A stretch of DNA of 64,000 bases from Candidatus Latescibacterota bacterium (lineage in GTDB: Bacteria; Latescibacterota; UBA2968; UBA8231): the NCBI GenBank assembly GCA_965243025.1, contig CBDETY010000003.1:5696001-5760000 (forward strand). Direction: 5' to 3'. Of this stretch, positions 29,684 to 39,537 are shown piece after piece. The notes under the pieces were generated by a model that worked only from the letters and a program-made list of their open reading frames with translations, was not told where the DNA came from and searched no databases. The first letter of the stretch is position 1. Each line of letters opens with the position of its first letter. The translations under genes and the position numbers were made by a program.

Positions 29684-30137
29684 GGGAGCAGGCCGGGGCC
29701 GGAACGGCGGGCCCGGGATGGCCGCCGCTTGGTGCGCAGGGACGGCGCAGGTCAGAGGATGGCTGGCGAACCCGGGAAGGCGCCCGGCTTGCGCTCCGGT
29801 AAGGGGCATTCGGGATCCCGGGGGGCGGGGCGCCAGAGACGGCTAATGGTCCGGATGGGTGAGAATCCGAAGGCCGCCAGGCTCGTGCTCCCGGAACGGG
29901 GCATGTCGGGATCCTTGTCGGGGGGACGCCGCGCCTGCTGCGCACCCCGGGCGCCGGCGATTCAGCCGATGCAGCAGTCGGGCCGGGTGACCCGAAGCGG
30001 GAAGTTCACCCCCCTCGTTCAAAAGTGACGGGGCATGCCGGATGGGTGCAGGCCATGGGCGGCCCCAGGTGGCTCCTCTTCAGGGGCGGCCTTACCGCCG
30101 GTGCAGCCGCGCCGGGTGACCGGCCGCACCCGCTGTC

Positions 30138-31448
30138 CTACAGGTAGGAGTTGATGATGTTCTCCAGCATCTCCTCGCGGCCGCTCCGCTTCTCCGGTTC
30201 ACCCTCCCGCAGGATATGACTCTCCAGCTCGGCGAAGCCGGTCTTTCCGGCGGAGATCTTCCGACCGATGCCGGAGCGGTAGGACTTGTAGCGCTCCTTG
30301 ATGAAGTCGCCGACCACTCCGTCCTCGATGATCCGGTGGGCGATCTTCAGGCCGCGGGCGAAGCTGTCCATGCCCCCGATGTGGGCGTGGAACAGGTCGA
30401 CGGGATCGAAGGAGCCGCGCCGCACCTTGGCGTCGAAGTTGATCCCCCCCGGGCGGATGCCTCCGTACTTCAGGATCACCATCATCGCGTAAGTCGTGCC
30501 GTAGAGATCGGTGGGGAACTGGTCGGTGTCCCACCCGAGCAGGAGGTCGCCGCGGTTGGCGTCGATGCTGCCGAGCATGCCGTCGGCCGCGGCCACGGTT
30601 AGGTCGTGCTCGAAGGTGTGCCCAGCCAGGGTCGCGTGGTTGGCCTCGAGGTTCAGCTTGAAGCGGTCGTGCAGCCCGTACTTGCGCAGGAAGCCGAGCA
30701 CCGTGGCGGCGTCGTAGTCGTACTGGTGCTTGGTCGGCTCCTTCGGCTTGGGCTCGACCAGAAGGGTGCCGCGAAAGCCGATCTCCTTCTTGTAGTCGGC
30801 GGCCATCCCGAGGAACCGCGCCATGTTGTCCTGCTCGCGGGCCATGTCGGTGTTGAGCAGGCTGGAGTAGCCTTCGCGCCCTCCCCAGAACACGTAGTTG
30901 GCGCCGCCGAGCTGTTTGGTTAGCTCCATCGCCTTCTTCACCTGCGACGCGGCGTAGGCGAAGACGTGGGCGTCGGGGTTGGTCGCCGCCCCGTGGGTGA
31001 AGCGCGGGTGCGAGAACATGTTCGACGTGCCCCAGAGCAGCTTCACCCCGGTGTCGCGCTGCAGCTTCTTTGCCAGCGCGCCTATGCGGTCGAGCCGCTC
31101 GTTGGTCTCGGCGAGGGTGTCCGCTTCCGGCGCGATGTCGCGGTCGTGCCAGGCGTAGAACGGTACCCCGAGCTTGGTGAACATCTCGAACGCGGCCCGC
31201 ATGGTGTCCTCGGCCCGCTGCATCGGGTCGGAGGCTTCGTCCCAGGGGCGGTCGTAGACCGGTCCGCCGAACGGGTCGGCGCCGGTCCCCTTGAAGGTGT
31301 GCCAGAAGACGACGGAGAAACGCAGGTGTTCGGCCATGGTCTTTTTGCCGATCTGCTGGTCGGGGTCGTACTGCTTGAAGGCCAGCGGGTTCTTCGAGTC
31401 CGGGCCCTCGTAGCGAATCTGCGGAATCCCCTTGAAGTACTCTTTCAT
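30138..31448 (-). CDS. xylA: Xylose isomerase (class II)
   Basis: [50 protein letters not shown]. Confidence 0.97.
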   Translation of the reverse strand: MKEYFKGIPQIRYEGPDSKNPLAFKQYDPDQQIGKKTMAEHLRFSVVFWHTFKGTGADPFGGPVYDRPWDEASDPMQRAEDTMRAAFEMFTKLGVPFYAWHDRDIAPEADTLAETNERLDRIGALAKKLQRDTGVKLLWGTSNMFSHPRFTHGAATNPDAHVFAYAASQVKKAMELTKQLGGANYVFWGGREGYSSLLNTDMAREQDNMARFLGMAADYKKEIGFRGTLLVEPKPKEPTKHQYDYDAATVLGFLRKYGLHDRFKLNLEANHATLAGHTFEHDLTVAAADGMLGSIDANRGDLLLGWDTDQFPTDLYGTTYAMMVILKYGGIRPGGINFDAKVRRGSFDPVDLFHAHIGGMDSFARGLKIAHRIIEDGVVGDFIKERYKSYRSGIGRKISAGKTGFAELESHILREGEPEKRSGREEMLENIINSYL

Positions 31449-31750
31449 TTATATGGTCTCCCTGGTGGGGTGCGCTCAGTTGCGTTCGGGCGAGGCGGGT
31501 TTAGTGTAACGCGGATGAATCGACCGGGCGAGGGCGGCCGCTTTCGCGGGCCGGCCAGATTCAACCAGAAAAACCCCTTGTGGGATTTTCCTCGATCCGC
31601 GGCTCGCGGCGTGTTCTCCCGCCCGGGCGCAAGGGCCTTCGCGGGCCAACGGGAATTCCGGCCCGGGGAGGCCGGGGAGGCCCAGGTGTCGAGAAGTGGG
31701 CGGCCAGAGGCGCCGGCCGTTGGCGGACAGGGGGATCAAGGCGCCGGCGG

Positions 31751-32524
31751 CTACTCCGGGGTCACGTAGGCCGCGGCGATGCCGCCGTCCACCGTGAACG
31801 AGGTGCCGGTGACGAAGGAGGACTCGTCCGAGGCGAGAAAGACCACGGCCTCGGCGATCTCTCCGGCTTCGCCGAACCTCCCCATCGGAACGTGGACCAG
31901 GCGCCGCTGCCTTTTCTCTTCGGTGTCGAGGTACTTCATCAGCAGCTCGGTCCGCAGCGGACCCGGACACAGCGCGTTGACGCGGATGTTGTCGCGGGCG
32001 TGGATGACGGCCAGCTCGCGGCTCAGGGCCAGGACTCCTCCCTTGCTCGCCGTGTACGCGATCTGCGGAGTGGCCGCCCCCAGCAGGGCGACGAACGAGG
32101 CGGTGTTGATCACCGACCCGCCGCCGGCTCTCAGCAGCGCCGGGATGCCGTACTTGCAGCCGAGGAACACCCCCTTGAGGTTGACGTTCATCGTCTGCTC
32201 CCAGACCGCCTCGTCAGTGTCGACGGCGCCGCCGTCCTCCAGGTGGGAGATGCCGGCGTTGTTGAACAGGATGTCGAGGCGGCCGAATGCCTCCTCGGCC
32301 CCGGCGATCATCCGCCGGCAGTCCCGCGCCTCGGAAACGTCGGCGCGCGCGAAGATGGCGCGGCCACCGGCCTCGGCGATCATGTCCGCGGTTTCGGAGC
32401 CGGCGACATCGTCTATGTCGACCGCGGCAACAGCCGCCCCTTCCCGCGCGAAACGCAGCGCCGTCTGGCGGCCGATACCGCTGCCGGCCCCGGTGATCAG
32501 CGCCGATTTTCCGGCCAGTCTCAT
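31751..32524 (-). CDS. Short-chain dehydrogenase/reductase
   Basis: TGAGSGIG, NNAGI, YTASKGG, VNALCPG. Confidence 0.92.
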   Translation of the reverse strand: MRLAGKSALITGAGSGIGRQTALRFAREGAAVAAVDIDDVAGSETADMIAEAGGRAIFARADVSEARDCRRMIAGAEEAFGRLDILFNNAGISHLEDGGAVDTDEAVWEQTMNVNLKGVFLGCKYGIPALLRAGGGSVINTASFVALLGAATPQIAYTASKGGVLALSRELAVIHARDNIRVNALCPGPLRTELLMKYLDTEEKRQRRLVHVPMGRFGEAGEIAEAVVFLASDESSFVTGTSFTVDGGIAAAYVTPE

Positions 32525-32699
32525 GCGAAATGCCCCGCTTTTCCTTTTTCCGATTTTGAGGAACGGGCAAAACTTCAGCCCCGTTATCGGGGGGCGCAAG
32601 CAGTTTACTCTACTGGCCGCCAGGGTGAAATTTGGCCCCGGATTGGCACCCCGGACCTTCAGGGACCCAGGCCGAAAAACCATCGGCGGGAGCGAGATC

Positions 32700-33977
32700 A
32701 TGGACAAAGACACAGCCTTCGAAATGGCCACCTCGAACATCCGCTACGGACGCGGAGTCACCGCCGAGGTCGGCATGGATCTCGTGGACATGGGGGTGGG
32801 AAACGCAATGGTGGTCACCGATGAGGTGCTCGCTTCCCTTCCGCCTGTGACCAACCTGCTTGCCGCCCTCGAGGACAGCGGGGTGCGTTTCCAGCTGTTC
32901 GACCGGGTGCACGTCGAGCCGACCGACCGCTCGTTCCGGGAGGCCATCGACTTCGCCGCGGCCGGCGGCTTCGACGGTTTCGTCGCCGTCGGCGGCGGCT
33001 CTACCATCGACACGGCGAAGGCGGCCAACCTCTACGACTCCCATCCCGCCGATTTTCTCGACTACGTCAACGCGCCGATCGGCAAGGGGCTGCCGGCCCC
33101 GGGCCCCCTGAAACCGCTGATCGCCATTCCGACGACGGCCGGAACCGGCAGCGAAACGACGGGGGTCGCGATTTTCGACTTCACCGAGATGAAGGCGAAG
33201 ACCGGCATCGCCCATCGCCGCCTGAAACCGGCGCTGGCTGTCGTCGACCCGGAGAACACCCGCACCCTGCCCACGGCCGTGGCCGCATCGACCGGCCTCG
33301 ACGTGCTCAGCCACGCTCTCGAGTCGTACACGGCGATCCCGTTCGACGAACGCCCGCGGCCGGAGCGGCCGGTGCTGCGGCCCTCCTACCAGGGCGCCAA
33401 CCCGATCAGCGACATCTGGGCCCTGGAGTCGCTGGCGATGGTAGCCGAGTTCCTTCCCCGGGCCGTCGCCGACCCCGGAGACGACGAGGCGCGGGGGCAG
33501 ATGCTGCTGGCCGCCTCGTACGCCGGCATGGGTTTCGGCAACGCCGGGGTCCACCTGCCGCACGGGATGTCGTACCCCGTCGCCGGCATGGTCCGCGACT
33601 ACCTGCCGCCCGGATACGCGACCGGCCACCCCCTGGTGCCGCACGGGGTCGCGGTGATCGTCAACGCCCCGGCGGTGTTCCGCTTCACGGCGGGCTCCAG
33701 CCCGCAGCGGCACCTGGAGGCGGCCGCGGTGCTCGGCGCCGATACGGAAGGGGCCGGAGCTGAGGAGGCGGGTGATCTGCTCGCCGGCTGCATCATCGAC
33801 TTCATGCGGCGGCTCGACATTCCCAACGGGTTGCGCGCGCTCGGGTACGAGGCCGGGGACATCCCTGCTCTCGTCGAGGGGACCCTGCCCCAGCACCGGG
33901 TGACCAAGCTCTCGCCGAGGCCCGCGGGTGAAGCGGAGCTGCGGCAGCTGTTCGAAGAGGCGCTCGAGTACTGGTAG
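32700..33977 (+). CDS. Hydroxyacid-oxoacid transhydrogenase (iron-containing ADH family)
   Basis: FEMATSNIRYG, GGGSTIDTAKAANL, YVNAPIGKG, PTTAGTGSE, GVHLPHGMSYP. Confidence 0.9.
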   Translation: MDKDTAFEMATSNIRYGRGVTAEVGMDLVDMGVGNAMVVTDEVLASLPPVTNLLAALEDSGVRFQLFDRVHVEPTDRSFREAIDFAAAGGFDGFVAVGGGSTIDTAKAANLYDSHPADFLDYVNAPIGKGLPAPGPLKPLIAIPTTAGTGSETTGVAIFDFTEMKAKTGIAHRRLKPALAVVDPENTRTLPTAVAASTGLDVLSHALESYTAIPFDERPRPERPVLRPSYQGANPISDIWALESLAMVAEFLPRAVADPGDDEARGQMLLAASYAGMGFGNAGVHLPHGMSYPVAGMVRDYLPPGYATGHPLVPHGVAVIVNAPAVFRFTAGSSPQRHLEAAAVLGADTEGAGAEEAGDLLAGCIIDFMRRLDIPNGLRALGYEAGDIPALVEGTLPQHRVTKLSPRPAGEAELRQLFEEALEYW

Positions 33978-33991
33978 AAGCGGAGCCCGCC

Positions 33992-35167
33992 TCATTGCTC
34001 CCCGGCCGCAAGGAAGCTTCCCTCAGCAGCCATTTCAAGCGCCGTTTTGTAGGGCAGAACCGTTACCTCGCCAACCTTCAGCAATCGCTTGCCCCGGTAC
34101 ACGCCGAAAGCTCGCTGGATGTCGCCGGATTGCAGCAGGACATTCAGCCCTTTGTTGAAGTTCTCTCTCCAGCTCGTGGAAGATTTTATTTCAAAGCCGG
34201 CCGCCTGCCGGCCCCTTTTCCAGATGAGGTCCACCTCGTTGCCGGATTCCGTGCGCCAGTAGAAGAACTGCGCACCGTGGGACCGCCATGAATTGAGCGC
34301 CCTGAACTCATTGAGAAGAAAGGTTTCGAACAGCACGCCTGTTTCGGCTGACGAGGGCTTGTCCCGATGCAGCCCCGCCAGGGCGCGCTGTACGCCGCAA
34401 TCGAACAGGTAGAACTTGGCATGGGCGACCTCTTTGACCTTGGCCTTGTTGCGCCAGGCCGGCAAATACCAGCCCAGAAGCGTATCCTCCAGAATGCTGA
34501 AATAGCCATGCACGGTAGTCCTGGCGACGCCCACATCCCGCGCGATGTTGCTGATGTTAAGTATCTGCCCGTTCACCAGGGCACTGACGGACAGGAAGCG
34601 ATAGAAACTGTCGAGATTTCTGACCAGTGCTTCCTGCTGGACTTCCTCTCTCAGATAGGTCTCGACGTAGGCGTCGAGGAATTCGATCCTTTCCAACTCC
34701 GCGGAAGCCGTCGCGCTCAAGGGCAACTGTCCGTATCGCAGGGCCTCCTGCAAGCGGAAGTCCCTGCCGGTTTCCAGCATGCTCAACGGGAACATTTTCT
34801 TTGACAAGGCGCGCCCGGCCAGCATGTTGGCGTGAGACCGCTTGAGCTTTCTCGCGCTCGAACCCGACAGCGCAAACCGAAGGTCACCCCGGCTCTCGAA
34901 CATGAGCGCGTGAACCTCATCGAGCAGTTCCGGCAGCTTCTGTATCTCGTCGACGATGATCCAGGCGTTCCTGTTTCCGAGTGCAGCCGCTTCCAGAGCC
35001 AGAAGGGACGGGTCGCGTTTATACCGGAGATATTCGCCGGACTTCAGCAAGTTGATGGTCAGGGCCGCATGGCCGAGCCGTTGCTCCAGCCATACGGATT
35101 TTCCCGTTCCCCGTGGACCGAGCAGGAAAAAGCTCTTCTCGGGCAACTCCAGCAGGCGAGGATACAT
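33992..35167 (-). CDS. AAA+ ATPase with DUF4143 domain
   Basis: GPRGTGKS, IVDEIQK, SGSSARKL, KFYLFDCG, YWRT..G.EVD, FEIK. Confidence 0.88.
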   Translation of the reverse strand: MYPRLLELPEKSFFLLGPRGTGKSVWLEQRLGHAALTINLLKSGEYLRYKRDPSLLALEAAALGNRNAWIIVDEIQKLPELLDEVHALMFESRGDLRFALSGSSARKLKRSHANMLAGRALSKKMFPLSMLETGRDFRLQEALRYGQLPLSATASAELERIEFLDAYVETYLREEVQQEALVRNLDSFYRFLSVSALVNGQILNISNIARDVGVARTTVHGYFSILEDTLLGWYLPAWRNKAKVKEVAHAKFYLFDCGVQRALAGLHRDKPSSAETGVLFETFLLNEFRALNSWRSHGAQFFYWRTESGNEVDLIWKRGRQAAGFEIKSSTSWRENFNKGLNVLLQSGDIQRAFGVYRGKRLLKVGEVTVLPYKTALEMAAEGSFLAAGEQ

Positions 35168-35331
35168 GTCGTTGATTCCGTCAGATTTACCGTAAAAGTG
35201 ACGGATACACCGGCACCCGTCAAACCCTGTTACAGAAGAGTCAGCCAGTGATCGGATCTTCGGCGGCGTGGAAACGGGAAGTAAATGGGGGGTAAGAACA
35301 TCAGGGGTCAGGACAGCCAATGGGTGCAACG

Positions 35332-35504
35332 GAGCGGCGGATCCGCCGCAGGGCGGAGGTGATTCCGTGAGTTCGGGCCCGGGATTTCCGAGGCAGATCA
35401 GGTTTACGGGCTTGAGGTGGCCGGATTCGCCCGCCGGTGAAGGCCGAGCGGCCGATCCGCAGAGGGCGAAAGGTGATTCCGGGAGCTCGGGGTTCGGGAT
35501 TTTC
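35332..35504. repeat. Two degenerate ~58-bp direct repeats
   Basis: GAGCGGCGGATCCGC..GGGCG.AGGTGATTCCG.GAG.TCGGG..CGGGATTT at about 35332 and 35446. Confidence 0.5.
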
Positions 35505-35513
35505 TCGGGACGC

Positions 35514-36242
35514 TCAGGCCTGCATTCCCGCGGTGACCAGACCCGCCCATTGGGTGAAAACCGAGCGGCCGATCCGCTGCAGGACCGGCAGGTGGCTTCC
35601 GGTCGCGGCGCGGATCTCCCCGCCGTCGAGCCGCGCGCCGCTGAGCTCCTCGGCGAACACCTCCGTCCACTCGGCGACGGAGCTTGCGGACAGCTCCATG
35701 TGGAAGAGGATGCCGTAGGCTCCCGGTCCGTGCGCGAAAGCCTGGTTCTCGGTGAGCCCGGACGATGCCAGCCGCACCGCTCCCCGCGGCAGCTCGAACT
35801 GGTCTCCGTGCCAGTGCAGGGCGGTGAAGCGGCTGCCGTGCCCTTCGCGGACCGGTGACCAGACCGGGTCTCCTGCGGCGGCTTCGTCGAGGGTCACCTC
35901 GTACCAGCCGATCTCCTTCCGCGGCCCGGGGTAGACCTTCGCACCGAGCGCCGCGGCCAGGAGCTGGCTGCCCAGGCAGACTCCCAGGACCGGGCGCTCA
36001 TCCTTCAGGGCGCTCTCGATCAGTCGCATCTCGTCCCGCAGGTGGGGGTAGCTCTCCTGTTCGTACACCCCCATCGGCCCGCCCATGACGATCAGCCCGG
36101 CGGCCCCTTCCATTTCGAGGGGAACCGGTTCTCCTTCGAAAACCCTGACGTGCCTCGGCCTGAGACCGCTGTCCGAAAGCGCATCCTCGATGGTTCCCAG
36201 GGTTTCGCAGTGCACGTGTTGAACCGCTATGACCTCGCTCAC
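35514..36242 (-). CDS. Class I glutamine amidotransferase-like protein
   Basis: MGGPMGVY, GVCLGSQL, HWHGD, FHME; GTG overlaps the murB stop. Confidence 0.88.
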   Translation of the reverse strand: MSEVIAVQHVHCETLGTIEDALSDSGLRPRHVRVFEGEPVPLEMEGAAGLIVMGGPMGVYEQESYPHLRDEMRLIESALKDERPVLGVCLGSQLLAAALGAKVYPGPRKEIGWYEVTLDEAAAGDPVWSPVREGHGSRFTALHWHGDQFELPRGAVRLASSGLTENQAFAHGPGAYGILFHMELSASSVAEWTEVFAEELSGARLDGGEIRAATGSHLPVLQRIGRSVFTQWAGLVTAGMQA

Positions 36243-37339
36243 TGAACCGCTCCTTCCGCGGAGAGGACGACGGGCTCCCGCTCGAGACGGATGCCGAACC
36301 GCTCCTCCACCTGTTGTTGAATCGCCCCGGCCAGCTTCAGCACGTCGGCGCTGCCGCCGCCTCGATTGACGAGGGCCAGGGCGTGGTTTTCCGAGACGGC
36401 GGCCCCGCCCAGCCGCTGGCCCTTGCGGAACCCGGCGCGCTCGACGAGCCATGCTGCCGGGACCTTGTGCCCACCAAGGTCGGGAAAGACCGGAATCGAC
36501 ACCTGCTGCTCACCGGGTGCTTCCGCGCAACGGCGCTGCAGTGCGGAGAGCTCCGCCTCGCTCAGAACGGGGTTGAGGAAGAACGAGCCTACCGAGCGGG
36601 TGTTGGGGTCGCCGGGGTCGATCACCATCGACTTGCTCCGCCGCAGGTCGAGAACGGCCGCCCTCACCGCGGACGAGGCGGGCTCCCCGGGCTCGAGACC
36701 GTCGAGGCCGCCGCGGCGGGCGACGCACTCGCTCAGCTCGCGGTAGCGCAGCTCCGGGCGGACTCCTTCCTCGAGGCGGAACACCACCTCGGTGACGACG
36801 TAGCGGTCGCGGTCCTCGCTCTTGAAGCGGCTGTTGCGGTAGCGGAAACCGCACTCCCTGTTGGCGAACTCCACCTGCTTCAGGGTGGCGCGGTCGATGG
36901 CGCGCACCGCGGCGATGGTGCCGGCGACCTCCTGGCCGTAGGCGCCGACGTTCTGCATCGGCGCGGCCCCGACCAGTCCGGGGATGCCGGAGAGGCACTC
37001 TATGCCGGAAAGACTGCGGGCGATGCACCGGCGCACGAGATCGTCCCAGTCCTCTCCGGCAAGGGCGCTCACCTCGACTTTGCCGCCGCCCCCCTCGAAG
37101 CGCACCCCGGACAGCTCGAGCTTGAGGACGAGCCCGGGGTAGCCGCGGTCGTCGAAGAGGGTGTTGCTGCCGCCGCCGAGGACCTGCACCGGCAGTCCTT
37201 GCCCTGCCGCCCATTCGAGCGCGGTCCTGATCTCGTCGGCGGTCGTGCACCGGGCGAGGTAGCGGGCCGGACCGCCGAGGCGCATGGTGGTCATCGGCGC
37301 CAGGCCGACCTGCTCCGCGATGATTCCGGGGGTCTTCAT
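36239..37339 (-). CDS. murB: UDP-N-acetylenolpyruvoylglucosamine reductase
   Basis: GGGSN, GIPGLVGAAPMQNVGAYG, YRNSRFK, GSFFLNP, HALALVN. Confidence 0.95.
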   Translation of the reverse strand: MKTPGIIAEQVGLAPMTTMRLGGPARYLARCTTADEIRTALEWAAGQGLPVQVLGGGSNTLFDDRGYPGLVLKLELSGVRFEGGGGKVEVSALAGEDWDDLVRRCIARSLSGIECLSGIPGLVGAAPMQNVGAYGQEVAGTIAAVRAIDRATLKQVEFANRECGFRYRNSRFKSEDRDRYVVTEVVFRLEEGVRPELRYRELSECVARRGGLDGLEPGEPASSAVRAAVLDLRRSKSMVIDPGDPNTRSVGSFFLNPVLSEAELSALQRRCAEAPGEQQVSIPVFPDLGGHKVPAAWLVERAGFRKGQRLGGAAVSENHALALVNRGGGSADVLKLAGAIQQQVEERFGIRLEREPVVLSAEGAVQ

Positions 37340-37682
37340 AGGCAATCGAAGAAACCGAGGCCGCTCCGGGCCGACAAGGGCGGAAGGGGGGAAAGGGGTT
37401 GGACAGGGGGAAAGTAAAGCATTTGTTTTCAACAGGTTGTGCAAAGGGCGGCCAGATTGCGGTGCCCGGGGAAGAACAGGACGGGATGGGGGGATTGGTT
37501 TACGGGTTTACTCCCGCAGCCATGCCGGCTGGCCGGCCGCGGATGAGCGTTTGGCGCCGCCCCGGTGAGGCGGACTCGGCCTGCCGGAGGCAGCGGGCGA
37601 ATGAAGGGAGCCGGGAAGCACCCCCGCACCCTGGAACCGGGTAGCGGGGGCCGCTGATTCACCAGAAAGATCCGAGAAACGG

Positions 37683-38993
37683 ATGCAAACCTCGATTTCC
37701 CCGGAGCTCAAGCAGGACCCCGGCGTGCAGGTGTCCGAGGAGATACTGCGCACCTGCGTGCACTGCGGGTTCTGCAACGCCACCTGCCCGACCTACCTCC
37801 TGACCGGCAACGAGCTCGAGGGACCCCGCGGCCGCATCTACCTGATCAAGAACATGCTCGAAGGCAGGATCGCCCCGACCGCCAGCACCGTCGAGCATAT
37901 CGACAACTGCCTCGCCTGCCTCGCCTGCGAGACCACCTGTCCCAGCGGCGTGGTCTACTCCCACCTCCTCGAAGATGCGCGGCCGCGGCTGGAGAAACTC
38001 CACCGCAGGGAGTGGGTCGACCGCCTGATGCGGGCGGTGCTGACCCGGCTGCTTCCCTGGCCCGGACGCTTCCGGTGGGCGCTGCGAATGGCGGCGATCG
38101 GCAGGCGGGGGGCATTCCTGATGCCGCGGCGTTTTCGCCACCTCGCGGCGATGGCCCCGCGCTCGCTTCCGGCCCCTTCCCGCCTTGCGGCTCCCGGGGT
38201 CAAGCCGGCCGCGGACCGGCGCATGCGGGTGGCCCTGCTCACCGGCTGCGCCCAGCAGGTGCTCGGCCCGCACATAAACGACGCGACGGTACGACTGCTG
38301 ACGCGCCGCGGCGTCGAAGTGGTGGTGCCGGAAGCGATGGGTTGCTGCGGCGCCCTGACCTACCACATCGGCGAACGCCGGCACAGCCTGCCGATGATGC
38401 GGCGCAACATCGACGCCTGGTACCGCGAGCTGGAAGGGGACGGGCTCGACGCCATCGTGCTCAACACCTCCGGCTGCGGCACCGCGGTCAGGGAGTACGG
38501 GCACATCTTCCGCAACGACCCGGAATGGGCGCAGAAAGCCGCGGCCGTCACTCCGCTGGTGCGCGACGTTTCCGAGGTGGTCGGCGAGGTCGGGCTGGGG
38601 GAGGTGGTCGAGATGCCGCGCCTCCGCGTCGCCTACCACGACGCCTGCTCGCTTCAGCACGGCCAGAAGATCGTCGCGCCCCCGCGGCAGCTGCTGGCCG
38701 CCGCCGGTTTCGAGGTGGTCGAGGTTCCCGAGGCCCACATCTGCTGCGGCAGCGCCGGCACCTACAACCTGCTGCGCCCGGTATTGGCGGATCAGCTGCG
38801 CGAGCGCAAGGGCGCCAACATAAAAATCATCGAACCGGAGCTGGTCGCCGCCGGTAACATCGGCTGCATCGAGCAGATCGCCTCCGCGGTCGACGTCCCG
38901 GTGGTGCACACGGTCGAGCTGCTCGACTGGGCCACGGGAGGACCGAAGCCCGCGGCGGTGGGGGCCGCTACAGGACCATCTCGACCCGGCTGA
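37683..38993 (+). CDS. glcF: Glycolate oxidase iron-sulfur subunit
   Basis: CVHCGFCNATCPTY, CLACLACETTCPSG, CCG domains, CCGSAGTYN. Confidence 0.92.
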   Translation: MQTSISPELKQDPGVQVSEEILRTCVHCGFCNATCPTYLLTGNELEGPRGRIYLIKNMLEGRIAPTASTVEHIDNCLACLACETTCPSGVVYSHLLEDARPRLEKLHRREWVDRLMRAVLTRLLPWPGRFRWALRMAAIGRRGAFLMPRRFRHLAAMAPRSLPAPSRLAAPGVKPAADRRMRVALLTGCAQQVLGPHINDATVRLLTRRGVEVVVPEAMGCCGALTYHIGERRHSLPMMRRNIDAWYRELEGDGLDAIVLNTSGCGTAVREYGHIFRNDPEWAQKAAAVTPLVRDVSEVVGEVGLGEVVEMPRLRVAYHDACSLQHGQKIVAPPRQLLAAAGFEVVEVPEAHICCGSAGTYNLLRPVLADQLRERKGANIKIIEPELVAAGNIGCIEQIASAVDVPVVHTVELLDWATGGPKPAAVGAATGPSRPG

Positions 38994-39521
38994 GGCTCTT
39001 CTTGTCGAGGTCGTTGAGGTTGGCGATCTCGAAGCGGTTGCCGTCGACGTCGATCATCAGCAGGCGGAAATCCCCCAGCCACTGGGCGTTCTCCGAGACG
39101 TTCTGGACCACGAACTCGCGCCTGCCCCGGTTGGTGTCCACGTCCCAGTACGAGGTGCCGAAATCGTGGCGCACCGAGTGCACCCGCTCGATCAGCGAGG
39201 TGAGGTAGCGGCGGTCGAGCTCCTCGGCGACGATGCTCCGGGTCTCGTCGTTCAGCAGGGCGAGGTCGTCGATCATGCAGATCTCCTCGTCCTTTTCGTC
39301 GAGGAGGGAGATGTAGCGGTCGGGATGCGTCAGAGGCGCCGCGCGGACGACCTTGATCCTGGTGTAGGAGCGGTCCCCTCGATGGTCAGGCGCAGCTGCC
39401 ACGGCGGCTCGCGGAACAGGCGTATCCCGGAGACGTCGACGCGCTCCGGGTGGGTCACGTCTATAGGCGTGATTCCCTGCCCCGGTCTGCCGTTGGCCCC
39501 TGGCCTCATTTCGTCACTCAC
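38968..39521 (-). pseudogene. DUF1854 family protein split by a 1-nt frameshift
   Basis: ORFs 39330-39521 (..LRLTIEG) and 38968-39402 (DRSY..VVRAAPL..ELDRRY..WDVDTNRG..IDVDGNRF) join at a G-run near 39377. Confidence 0.75.
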
Positions 39522-39537
39522 CTGAAATCCTCCTCCG

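Noticed and set aside
31779-32699. N-terminal extension of the 732-aa ADH ORF
   Set aside because: Antisense to the SDR gene; homology starts at ATG 32700
37683-38993. Orphan glcF functionally linked to the transhydrogenase
   Set aside because: Separated by unrelated genes; glcD/glcE may simply lie elsewhere in the genome
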